A stretch of 64,000 nucleotides of DNA, taken from assembly GCA_965249275.1 (NCBI GenBank), contig CBDFLQ010000007.1, forward strand, positions 512,001 through 576,000, given 5' to 3'. A program made the position numbers and the translations under genes. This document shows positions 47,301 through 55,348 of this stretch, one piece after another. The stretch's first letter is position 1. Every line of letters begins with the position of its first letter. Under the pieces are notes generated by a model, which worked only from the letters and a program-made list of their open reading frames with translations, had not been told where the DNA came from and searched no databases. The DNA is from Dehalococcoidia bacterium. GTDB lineage: Bacteria > Chloroflexota > Dehalococcoidia > Plut-88900.

Positions 47301-47375
47301 TACCGGCGGCGCTGCGTTCGGCCGCCCCGGAACAAGGAAGAGGTGAAGTGGACTCGGAAGCCGGGCCTCGGGCCT

Positions 47376-47738
47376 CTAGGTGTAGCGCTTCTCTTTGATG
47401 CGGGCCGCCTTGCCCGACAGGCCCCGCAGGTAGTACAGGCGGGCCCGCCTGACCCGACCCAGCTTTACGACTTCGAGCCTCTGAAGCCTTGGTGAATTGA
47501 ACAGGAATGTCCTCTCAACACCTACAGCGTGCGCTACCCTGCGCACCGTGAAGTTCCCATCGATGGCGCCGGAGTGGACCCTGATGACCGTTCCCTGGAA
47601 CACCTGGATACGCTCCCGGGTCCCTTCTATTACCCGGTAGTGCACCTTGACGGTGTCCCCGGGGTGTATCTCATCCAAATTAGGGTTAGGCTCGGCCTTG
47701 ACCACCGTATTTACATCAATTCCCGTTAGACCGCTCAT
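47376..47738 (-). CDS. rplS: 50S ribosomal protein L19
   Basis: GDTVKVH...[27 protein letters not shown]...GKAARIKE. Confidence 0.97.
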   Translation of the reverse strand: MSGLTGIDVNTVVKAEPNPNLDEIHPGDTVKVHYRVIEGTRERIQVFQGTVIRVHSGAIDGNFTVRRVAHAVGVERTFLFNSPRLQRLEVVKLGRVRRARLYYLRGLSGKAARIKEKRYT

Positions 47739-47944
47739 GATTTTTCAGCCTCGCTGCGGGGTAGAGACTCAGTTATTCTTCTTCTCCCGCCGCTCTTCAG
47801 TTTCAAATTAGTCCATATACTCTAGCACAGTATCGCGCCAACATTGAAGGGGCCTTCACGGAGCCCTATCATACAACCCGCGCCTCCGGCGCAGGCCTTT
47901 TTCGAAAATCTACCAAACCTAAGCAGGACAATCGGAGCCTACAT

Positions 47945-48907
47945 ATGCACACCAAATCAACCTTCGCAGATATCCTCTCAGCCCGCCGCGCCATAAGCCC
48001 CTACGTTAGCAGGACTCCCCTCCGACACTACCCATCCCTCTCCGACGCCATGGGCGCCGAAGTGTACCTGAAGCACGAGAACTACCAGGTCACCGGAGCC
48101 TTCAAGGTAAGGGGCGGGATCAATCTCGTTTCCCGGCTCTCCGAAGAGGACAAGGCTCGGGGGATCATCTGTGCCTCGACCGGTAATCACGGCCAATCAA
48201 TAGCCTACGCAGGTCGGCTGTTCGGGGTCCGCGCGATTATCGTCGTGCCGGAAGGCGCGAACCCGGGCAAGGTGGAAGCGATGCGAGACTTTGGCGCGGA
48301 AGTCATCTTTCATGGCGCGGACTTCGACGAGTCCCGAGGGCACGTCGAACGCCTCTGCGCCGAGTTCGGCTACCGATACATCCACAGCGGCAACGAACCC
48401 GACCTCATCGCCGGCGTTGGCACGTACGCCGTCGAAATCATCGAAGACCTCCCTGACGTGGAAGTAATTTTCGTCCCGGTGGGCGGGGGGAGCGGGGCCT
48501 GTGGCACGGCCATCGCCGCCAAGACCATCAACCCTGCCATCCAGGTCATCGCCGTCGGAGCGGCCAAGGCCCCTGCGGCCTATCTGTCGTGGAAGAGCGG
48601 CGAGCTGGTTGAGGCCTCCATGGAGACCGCCGCCGAGGGCCTCGCGACCCGGACTGCCTTCGAGATGCCCCAGTCCATCATGCGGGACATGCTCGACGAT
48701 TTCCTGCAGGTCAGCGAGGAAGAGATCCAGAATGCGATTCTCATGCTCCTCGAAAAGGCGCGCACCTTGGCCGAGGGCGCGGGCGCCGCGTCCCTTGCAG
48801 GCGCATTGCAGATCAAGGACCAAATTCGGAGCAAGAAGGTGGCGGTTGTAATCAGTGGCGGCAACCTGGCAATGCACCAGCTAAGGTCAGCGTTGACTGC
48901 TGGTTAG
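47945..48907 (+). CDS. Threonine/serine dehydratase (fold type II PLP enzyme)
   Basis: LKHEN.Q.TGAFKVRGG, ASTGNHGQ, VPVGGGSG, EGAGAA, ISGGN. Confidence 0.92.
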   Translation: MHTKSTFADILSARRAISPYVSRTPLRHYPSLSDAMGAEVYLKHENYQVTGAFKVRGGINLVSRLSEEDKARGIICASTGNHGQSIAYAGRLFGVRAIIVVPEGANPGKVEAMRDFGAEVIFHGADFDESRGHVERLCAEFGYRYIHSGNEPDLIAGVGTYAVEIIEDLPDVEVIFVPVGGGSGACGTAIAAKTINPAIQVIAVGAAKAPAAYLSWKSGELVEASMETAAEGLATRTAFEMPQSIMRDMLDDFLQVSEEEIQNAILMLLEKARTLAEGAGAASLAGALQIKDQIRSKKVAVVISGGNLAMHQLRSALTAG

Positions 48908-49002
48908 AGAGAGCCCTCGGCCCTCGAGCAGGAAGGCCAGGGCATAAGATCAGAACGGCGTAACAGGAACTCACCTCAACCGGCTCGGCCCAGCAATCGA
49001 CT

Positions 49003-50142
49003 CTAGTGTGTCTCCAGGGAAATTCCTATCGCAGAGCCTATCCCGTATGTCACACCCGCTGCGATCGTCCCGGCCAATAACATGCGTCCACCTCCCCACA
49101 GCGGGTTCTTCCCTGTGATGATCCCCAGCAGGACTCCTATCCCGACAGTTGCCACCCCGCTCACGGCTATCGTGAGCATTAGCGCAAGGAGGCCTTCGGT
49201 AAACAAGTTCGGCAACAGGGGTATTACTGCCCCCAGGCCAAAGGCCAGGAAGGAGCTTATCGCCGCCATCCACGGGTACCCGAGCTGGCTCGGGTCCAGG
49301 CCCAGCTCTTCACGGGCCAGCGTAGCCAGGGCCACTTCCGGGTTGGAGATGATCCGCTCGGCAACAGCTCGGGCCTCCTGTCTCGTGAAACCCTTTCGTT
49401 GATATATAAATGCCAGCTCCTGCATCTCCTCCTTTGGCATCTCCTCCAGCTCGGCCCTTTCCACCTCAATCTCTCTCTCGTACACGTCCCTCTGTGCCCT
49501 CACCGACACGTACTCCCCCGCCGCCATTGAGAACGCCCCAGCCAGCAGCCCCGAGATACCCGCTATCACGATGAAGTTAGGGTCCGAGGTAGCTCCGGCC
49601 ACCCCCATCACAAGGCTCAGGTTCGACAGCAGTCCGTCGTTGAATCCCAGGACTCCTGCCCGAACGTTCACCGTGCCGCTGTAGTGGCGGCGCTCCAGGG
49701 AAAGTATCTGGGTATGGTCGGGCCGACCGGCCAGCCGACCCAGCACGTTGAAATGCTCGATTTCTTCCTGGACTATGTTGGTCGCCTCCGGGTCCTCCCT
49801 GTAGGTGCTAGCGTCCGCTGCCTCAGATTTCAGAATCATAGGCATGACGGCTCGGGTGCCGAGCACTCGGGCAACAGTGCGCAGCACTATCACGCGCAGA
49901 GTCCGCCGGTAGTCGTCCGGCGATTGGTCTTCCAGCCCCAGTTTGCGCGACCAGATCCGGACGTGACGCATCTCCGCCTGCGCCAACCTTCGAAAAAGAC
50001 CGGCCCGTTCCTCGTTCCTCTCGACGCCGGACAGGTCACGGTATAGCTGTACCGCCTCTAGCTCATTCTTGAGGTATCTGCGATATCGCTGGTGGTCCGT
50101 TTCTTTGGGACCGGACCTTTTGATTTTCAGTCCTCCCAGCAT
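49003..50142 (-). CDS. VIT1/CCC1 iron/manganese transporter with an N-terminal rubrerythrin-like domain
   Basis: N-terminal E.RH / EE.EH; GVLGFNDGL.SN, AGAFSMAAGEYVSV, REELG. Confidence 0.9.
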   Translation of the reverse strand: MLGGLKIKRSGPKETDHQRYRRYLKNELEAVQLYRDLSGVERNEERAGLFRRLAQAEMRHVRIWSRKLGLEDQSPDDYRRTLRVIVLRTVARVLGTRAVMPMILKSEAADASTYREDPEATNIVQEEIEHFNVLGRLAGRPDHTQILSLERRHYSGTVNVRAGVLGFNDGLLSNLSLVMGVAGATSDPNFIVIAGISGLLAGAFSMAAGEYVSVRAQRDVYEREIEVERAELEEMPKEEMQELAFIYQRKGFTRQEARAVAERIISNPEVALATLAREELGLDPSQLGYPWMAAISSFLAFGLGAVIPLLPNLFTEGLLALMLTIAVSGVATVGIGVLLGIITGKNPLWGGGRMLLAGTIAAGVTYGIGSAIGISLETH

Positions 50143-50193
50143 TAAGTGGTCCCTCTAGTCATCAAACGTCTTCCCCATCTTATCCAACGCCTC

Positions 50194-51699
50194 TCACTCT
50201 TCCGCCTGCGACAACACGTAGTTGATCAGCGTCCTTACCGGCACCCCGGTCGCGCCCTTCACGACGTAGCCCTTCGTCTTACTCGACATGAAGGTCCCAG
50301 CGATGTCCAGGTGCACCCAAGGAGTATCCTCGCTGAATTCGGAGAGGAACTGAGCCGCGGTTATCGAACCCGCCGGCCTGCCACCCGTGTTCTTCACGTC
50401 CGCAACGTCGCTTTTGTTCTGCTCCTTGTATTCATCAAACAGAGGCAGCTGCCAAATCTTCTCCCCCGCCTCCTTCCCCGCCCCGATCACGCTCTCGACC
50501 AGGTCCTGGTCATTCCCGAATACCCCCGAGCTCACGTGCCCCAGGGCTATGACTATGGCTCCGGTAAGTGTCGCAATGTCCACCATCGAGGTGAGGCCAA
50601 TCTTCCGGCCGTAGGAGAGGGCGTCGGCGAGCAGAAGCCTGCCTTCGGCGTCGGTGTTCTCAATCTCGATGGTCTTGCCGTTCATCGCCCTTACCACGTC
50701 GCCCGGCTTCTGGGCCGCACCTCCGGGCAGGTTCTCGGATGCGGGGACGAGGCCCGTGACGTTGATCTTCGGCTTAAGCTTCCCTATAGCTCCCATCGTA
50801 GCTATAACCGACGCCCCACCCGACATGTCGCCCTTCATCTCGCCCATATTGGCCGCCGGCTTGAGAGATATTCCTCCCGAGTCGAAGGTCACTCCTTTCC
50901 CAACGAGCCCAATGTTCTTATCGGCTCCGTCTCCCGCGCCGCGATATCGCAATATGATGAACTTTGGCGGCTGGCGGGTCCCCTTGGCGACACCGGCAAT
51001 TGCCCCCATCCCCAGCCCGTCCATCTGCATCTCGTCCAGCACCTCGACTTCCAGCCCCGACTCCTCTGCGACCCGCTCAGCCGTGGCGGCCATGTCTGTC
51101 GGCGTCATGTAGTTGGCCGGTTCGTTGGCCATGTCTCGGGCCAGGTTAGCCGCCTCGGCGATCACCCTACCCTTCTCCACGCCTGCTTCCAGCACTGCCA
51201 GCTTCGAGTCGTCCACCTCCACCAAGGTCAGTGTCTCAATTTCGCCTGTCTCGGGCGCAGTGGTCCGGTGCTTGGAAAACCTATACGTCCCAAGCACGCT
51301 GCCCTCGGCTATCGCGCACGCCGACTCCCCGGCATCCATTCCACCTATCCCTGCCCCGTGCACGATCGTCGCAATCCTCCTCACGCCCTTCGCCCGGAGG
51401 TTGCGGCAGAGACCGCCCATCACCCGGCGCACGGTGTCCTCATCGAACTTCTCTTTTTTGCCCAGGCCAACCACCACTACCCGCTTTGGAGCAATTTTGC
51501 CCATCGTGTGCAGCTGGACTATCTCTCCCTCCTTGCCCGTCAACTCGCCATCGGCTATCAGGTTGCTGATAGCCCGGTCCAGCGCCATGTCCACCGCTCC
51601 CGTGCCGCCGCCCGGCTGCTTGACCCCCTCGAACAGGTTGACCACCGCAGCGTCGGTTTTCAGTTCCGTTATGTTGCCTTGGACAACGGTTATTTCCAT
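50194..51699 (-). CDS. pepA: Leucyl aminopeptidase (M17)
   Basis: GKGVTFDSGG.SLK, MKGDM.GGA, ENTDAEGRL.LAD, ATLTGA, HLDIAG. Confidence 0.96.
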   Translation of the reverse strand: MEITVVQGNITELKTDAAVVNLFEGVKQPGGGTGAVDMALDRAISNLIADGELTGKEGEIVQLHTMGKIAPKRVVVVGLGKKEKFDEDTVRRVMGGLCRNLRAKGVRRIATIVHGAGIGGMDAGESACAIAEGSVLGTYRFSKHRTTAPETGEIETLTLVEVDDSKLAVLEAGVEKGRVIAEAANLARDMANEPANYMTPTDMAATAERVAEESGLEVEVLDEMQMDGLGMGAIAGVAKGTRQPPKFIILRYRGAGDGADKNIGLVGKGVTFDSGGISLKPAANMGEMKGDMSGGASVIATMGAIGKLKPKINVTGLVPASENLPGGAAQKPGDVVRAMNGKTIEIENTDAEGRLLLADALSYGRKIGLTSMVDIATLTGAIVIALGHVSSGVFGNDQDLVESVIGAGKEAGEKIWQLPLFDEYKEQNKSDVADVKNTGGRPAGSITAAQFLSEFSEDTPWVHLDIAGTFMSSKTKGYVVKGATGVPVRTLINYVLSQAEE

Positions 51700-51712
51700 T
51701 TATGAGTCTCCT

Positions 51713-52348
51713 CTAGTCTCCGTTTATGACTTTCAGTTTATTCGATATTTTCACGATTGCCGGTGTTATGTCTTTCGAAGTATCTACGACAAAGTGAGGT
51801 CTCGCCACTGGCTCCTCGCGGGCCTTCATCTTCAAATAGACGTCCCATCCCGCATTCGACGCTCCGTCCTTCGAAAGCCCCCGCTCCCGACGCCTGAGTC
51901 TCCGGCGCACTTCGCTCTCCGGCGCCTTTACCCTTACCACTACTACCTCCGCCCCCCTTCCCTCCGCCGCCGTGTATGAATAGGCTCGGTCCCTCTCCGT
52001 AACGTTTGTAGCGTCCAACAGGACGGGTACGCCGTTGTCCAGTAGCTCATCCATCAGCCTGCGGCACGCTGCAAACACTCGAAGGTTCTCCTCGGCATTA
52101 TACGCGGGCACAACCATCAATGCCTTCCGCGCCGCGTCCGACTCTATCATCTGCACCCGCGCTTCGGCGGCCAGGCGCCGCGCGAAATGGGTCTTGCCGG
52201 CCCCCGGTAGCCCACACATCAATACCAGGTACGGATTGGCAACGGGCGGCGGGGGTGCAGGGAGGCGACTCTTCAGCAGTTCCACGTCGGCTTCCAGCCG
52301 AACGGCAGGGTCGTCTACTCTTGCAAGGTCAGGGCGATGGCAGGCCAT
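51713..52348 (-). CDS. P-loop kinase (AAA_33-like)
   Basis: GLPGAGKT, SDAARK, LLDATN. Confidence 0.8.
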   Translation of the reverse strand: MACHRPDLARVDDPAVRLEADVELLKSRLPAPPPPVANPYLVLMCGLPGAGKTHFARRLAAEARVQMIESDAARKALMVVPAYNAEENLRVFAACRRLMDELLDNGVPVLLDATNVTERDRAYSYTAAEGRGAEVVVVRVKAPESEVRRRLRRRERGLSKDGASNAGWDVYLKMKAREEPVARPHFVVDTSKDITPAIVKISNKLKVINGD

Positions 52349-52372
52349 TCAATCGCACCGCGGCTCGAGCCG

Positions 52373-53062
52373 CTACCTCGTCACCCGGTCATAAAGGGCC
52401 CTGTTCCGCACAACCTGTTTCAGGTCCTTTCCCTCTGCGATGTCGTCCGACAACCCACCCGTTATACGGCGCACCACGATTGCGATAGCCATAGCCAGCA
52501 AGGCCCGAACAACGGGCTTGGGCTCATTCATTAGCCATGCAAACAGCGGCATGCCCACCCAGCCCGCAAGCATCCCCAGGGGAACTTCATCGGTGCTTTT
52601 GCTGGGGAACTTCATACGCTGCTTCCACGTCAGGTCGTTCCGCATCATGATTGGGAGAGACCTTATCGCTCCTCCGGCAAGCATCGGAATGAGCGCCATT
52701 AGGAACGACTTCGGACTTAGCGTCAATGCCAAGCCGATCGCCGAGGAGTTTCCCCTGCCGCCGTCGAATTTCTTGAAGACGGGCCACATCTGCGCAATCA
52801 GGCCGGCCACCGACCCCGCACACCCCACCCCCTTGCCCAACCCCAGTACACCGGCCACCATCGCCGGCAGCGCACCCTTCCCGACATCGAATGCTCCACC
52901 AATCATCCCGCTCATCGCACCCGACGTCTGCCACAGATTGCCCGCGCCCACGTTGCCTGTGCCGACTTTTCGGAGGTTCGTGCCCTTCTTCTTAGCCAAT
53001 ACCTCGGTGACGGGCAACGATCCGTACAGATAGCAGACCAATATGTAAAGTGCCTTAAACAA
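52373..53062 (-). CDS. plsY: Glycerol-3-phosphate acyltransferase PlsY-like
   Basis: YLYGSLP, LRKVGTGNVGA.N, DVGKG, WPVF..FDGGRG. Confidence 0.8.
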   Translation of the reverse strand: MFKALYILVCYLYGSLPVTEVLAKKKGTNLRKVGTGNVGAGNLWQTSGAMSGMIGGAFDVGKGALPAMVAGVLGLGKGVGCAGSVAGLIAQMWPVFKKFDGGRGNSSAIGLALTLSPKSFLMALIPMLAGGAIRSLPIMMRNDLTWKQRMKFPSKSTDEVPLGMLAGWVGMPLFAWLMNEPKPVVRALLAMAIAIVVRRITGGLSDDIAEGKDLKQVVRNRALYDRVTR

Positions 53063-53080
53063 ACCGCTCTTCCCCGTTAC

Positions 53081-53938
53081 TTATCCGGTGTAATAAGTGA
53101 GACCCAGGACCCCGGGGCCCGTGTAGATGCCCATAACCGGTGTCAGGTGGGACATCAGCAGCTCGGCGCAGTCTACCGTCTCTCCGACAATACGGGCAAA
53201 CGCCTCGGCTTCCTCCGGAACGTTGGCATGCAGGACTGCCACCCGCACCGTCTCCTTCCCTTCCGTGTCCCTCTTCAGCATTCTCAAGATTTTGCCTTCG
53301 GCGGCCTGACGACTTCTCGCTACCGTTACGGGTTTCACCTGTCCCGTCTTCAACGAGAGTATCGGCTTCAACCCGATGAGCGATGCTCCCCACGTGGCGA
53401 TTCTCGGGAACCGGCCGCTGCGGCCCAGGTACTTAAACGTGTCGATCACGGCCACCAAACGCACCCGGGACCTGACCGATTCGGCTACGCGCGTGACCTC
53501 CTCCAATGATGCTCCCTCCGCCGCCGCCCGAGCCGCCGCCAGCACCACGAACCCCTGTAGCATTGCCGCTCCACCCGAGTCCATGATTTCGACTTGTGTA
53601 GGCGAGGAGTCTGTAACCACCATTCCCTTAGCCACAGTCGCCGCTCGGTGCATACCACTGAACCTCGACGATACGGTGATGCAAAGTATCGCCTCGAAGT
53701 TCCCAATGAGGTCCTCGAACGTCTCCACGTACGCTCCCGGCGATGCGGGGGATGTAGTCGGCGGCTTCTCGGAGGTTTCCAGGCGTCGGTAGAAGTCGGC
53801 CATGTCTAGCGTAGGATCGTCGGACACCACGGTGTCGCCAAAAACATAGGTAAGGGGTACGACGCGAATGCCAAGCTCCTGAGAGAGCTCATGAGGTATG
53901 CAGGAGGTGCTGTCGGTTACTATGGCTACCTTAGGCAT
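53081..53938 (-). CDS. DegV family fatty-acid-binding protein
   Basis: IVTDSTS, PTTSPASPG, SSRFSG, YLGRSGR, LKPIL, PVMGIYTGPG. Confidence 0.92.
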   Translation of the reverse strand: MPKVAIVTDSTSCIPHELSQELGIRVVPLTYVFGDTVVSDDPTLDMADFYRRLETSEKPPTTSPASPGAYVETFEDLIGNFEAILCITVSSRFSGMHRAATVAKGMVVTDSSPTQVEIMDSGGAAMLQGFVVLAAARAAAEGASLEEVTRVAESVRSRVRLVAVIDTFKYLGRSGRFPRIATWGASLIGLKPILSLKTGQVKPVTVARSRQAAEGKILRMLKRDTEGKETVRVAVLHANVPEEAEAFARIVGETVDCAELLMSHLTPVMGIYTGPGVLGLTYYTG

Positions 53939-54016
53939 CGCTTGATAACAGGGAAGAAGCCGGGCGTCGTTCCGCCCCCGAGTCCAACGATGATATAGGG
54001 TATCAGGCTAACTACG

Positions 54017-54280
54017 CTAGCCCAGTCTTCCGGAGACGAGGGAGACTACCCATAGGAGCAGCACCGCAACCATCGGGCTGAAATCCAGTGTGCCGCCCCG
54101 GTACACCAGCTTCCTGATCGGGGCCAGGATTGGCTCCGTCACCCTGTAAAGGACGTGCATCAGAGAGGCGACCCACTGCCGGTCCGTCCCCATTGGGAAG
54201 ACCATGCTCAGGATCATGCGGGCAATTATCATCCAGGAGAGGACTTGAGTCAGCGCTGCGATAAAGGTGAATATCACCAA
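54017..54280 (-). CDS. YggT family membrane protein
   Basis: LYRVTEPILAPIRKL....GTLDFSPMVA. Confidence 0.9.
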   Translation of the reverse strand: MVIFTFIAALTQVLSWMIIARMILSMVFPMGTDRQWVASLMHVLYRVTEPILAPIRKLVYRGGTLDFSPMVAVLLLWVVSLVSGRLG

Positions 54281-54281
54281 A

Positions 54282-55079
54282 TCAACCCACCCTCTGAGCT
54301 TTGTGGTATGCCTCGACTACGGCCCTGATAAACAGGCCCCTGAGTCCGCCCTCTTCCAGGACCAGCAGCGCCTCGGCAGTCGTGCCTCCGGGGGAGGTCA
54401 CCATGTTCTTCAACGCCGCCGCGTGCACCCCCGACTCCTTGTACAGCATCGCCGACCCCAGCACCGTTTCCAGCACCAGTTTCTCCGACACGTCCCTGGA
54501 CAGCCCCACGTGCACCCCCGCATCTATCAACGATTCGATGATCAAGAAGGTGTAGGCCGGGCCGCCGCCGCTCAGGGCCGTCGCCATGTCCAGGTACTTC
54601 TCGTCCTCTACGTAGATCTCCTCACCCAAGGCCTGAAGTATCTGGGATCCCGCTTCCCTGGCCTCGGGGCCCGCGCCGTCCGCAGTGGTCCACATCGTTA
54701 TCCCGCGGCCTATCTGGGCCGGGGTGTTGGGCATTGCTCTCACCAGAACGTCGTGGCCCAGCCCCGAATGCAGGGTGTCGAGCTTCACGCCGGCCGCTAT
54801 GGACACGACCACCTGGTTCGGACCAACTCGGCCCTGCAGTTCCTTCAGTACGTAGGGCATGACCTGGGGCTTTACCGCCAATACCACAGCCTCACGGTCT
54901 TCCAGGGCCGAAAGATTGTCTTCCGCGGCACCCACCCCATAGGTCTTCACCAAGGCCATGCGTCGGGGCTCGAGGGGCTCGCTGACAAGGATGTCGGGAG
55001 CCTTGGCGACTCCCCGTTCGATGACGCCGCGGACTATGGCCTCGGCCATAACTCCGCCGCCGATAAAAGACAGTTTTAT
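54282..55079 (-). CDS. proC: Pyrroline-5-carboxylate reductase; apparent ATA start
   Basis: LAVKPQ, SIAAG, RAMPNTP, SGGGPAY, VTSPGGTT; the N-terminal (I)KLSFIGGGVMA Rossmann motif lies upstream of the first ATG. Confidence 0.93.
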   Translation of the reverse strand: MKLSFIGGGVMAEAIVRGVIERGVAKAPDILVSEPLEPRRMALVKTYGVGAAEDNLSALEDREAVVLAVKPQVMPYVLKELQGRVGPNQVVVSIAAGVKLDTLHSGLGHDVLVRAMPNTPAQIGRGITMWTTADGAGPEAREAGSQILQALGEEIYVEDEKYLDMATALSGGGPAYTFLIIESLIDAGVHVGLSRDVSEKLVLETVLGSAMLYKESGVHAAALKNMVTSPGGTTAEALLVLEEGGLRGLFIRAVVEAYHKAQRVG

Positions 55080-55179
55080 GCTGGGCCTCCTTAAGACGAC
55101 GTTGCAGCTACTGGCCTTGCACGGCCGGAAGCTGCATAGTAGATTATATCACTCACGCCCGGATCGAACGTGTTTTTGG

Positions 55180-55335
55180 GTAAAAGAGTGGGCACCCTGG
55201 GGGGAGGTGGCGCCCAAGGGTGCCCGAGGTCGTGTGCGCTGGGAGGAACAGCGCACCGGGGTACAGGCAGAGGGGAGATTAGCCCGATGGCTCGGGCCAC
55301 GTTCTGGGGGAGCGTTCTCCCCGACTGCCCTCAGT
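55180..55335 (-). ncRNA. Candidate multi-hairpin sRNA or structured 3' UTR with CU-rich loops, ending in a terminator
   Basis: Minus-strand hairpins ggggag-aacg-ctcccc, gcccga-gcca-tcgggc, gtgcgctg-ttcctcc-cagcgcac, gggcaccct..cctcccc..agggtgccc followed by actctttt. Confidence 0.4.
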
Positions 55336-55348
55336 TGATATTAAGAAT

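Noticed and set aside
50146-51705. 519-aa ORF antisense to pepA, and similar long antisense ORFs (9030-10148, 13534-14499, 26122-27018, 46509-47495, 56328-57467, 59206-60117)
   Set aside because: Shadow ORFs opposite well-conserved genes in a high-GC genome, with no recognisable motifs
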